From: Priapulus caudatus
Taxonomy: Eukaryota
Direction of reading: 5' to 3'
DNA length: 64,000 bases
Assembly: GCF_000485595.1 (NCBI RefSeq)
Contig: NW_014577070.1
Span: forward strand, 792,526 to 856,525
The notes under the pieces are model-generated. The model worked only from the letters and a program-made list of their open reading frames with translations, was not told the origin of the DNA and did no database searches. The position numbers and the translations under genes were made by a program. Below, one piece after another: positions 63,898 through 64,000 of this stretch (positions are counted from its first letter, which is position 1; the number at the start of each line of letters is the position of its first letter).

Positions 63898-64000
63898 GTA
63901 ATCACTAGTTCGTTATTGTAATTGTAACCAAGAATACTATTTAATAAGAAACAAGTTTCAATGCTGCAGAGGTTATTGTACAGGTATTTCAGACATGTTT

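Overview
AT-rich metazoan genomic DNA, probably a marine invertebrate (inferred from Helentron-type repeats and TTAGGG tracts). The window lies inside one very large plus-strand, multi-exon titin/connectin/sallimus-family muscle gene; neither the gene start nor its main end is visible. I resolved about 50 GT-AG exons by hand with consistent phases. They encode about 19 I-set Ig domains, many Glu/Val/Pro-rich PEVK-like cassettes led by poly-Lys tracts, a 2.66-kb acidic exon and a 14.5-kb single exon. Introns carry HINE/Helentron-like elements, a hAT relic with an 8-bp TSD, a P-type MITE with a 7-bp TSD, telomeric-repeat-bearing MITEs with 9-bp TSDs, foldbacks and satellites. Most interesting: (1) several in-phase candidate alternative last exons, one encoding a C-terminal membrane anchor; (2) a giant exon carrying PKA-site, AKAP-like and PP1-docking motifs; (3) an exon inverted in place that is antisense to its downstream paralogues; (4) dense TGCATG clusters beside the candidate regulated exons. 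The 50.9-54.0 kb stretch looks like unpolished sequence. All splice models and motif calls were made by eye and are unverified by expression data.
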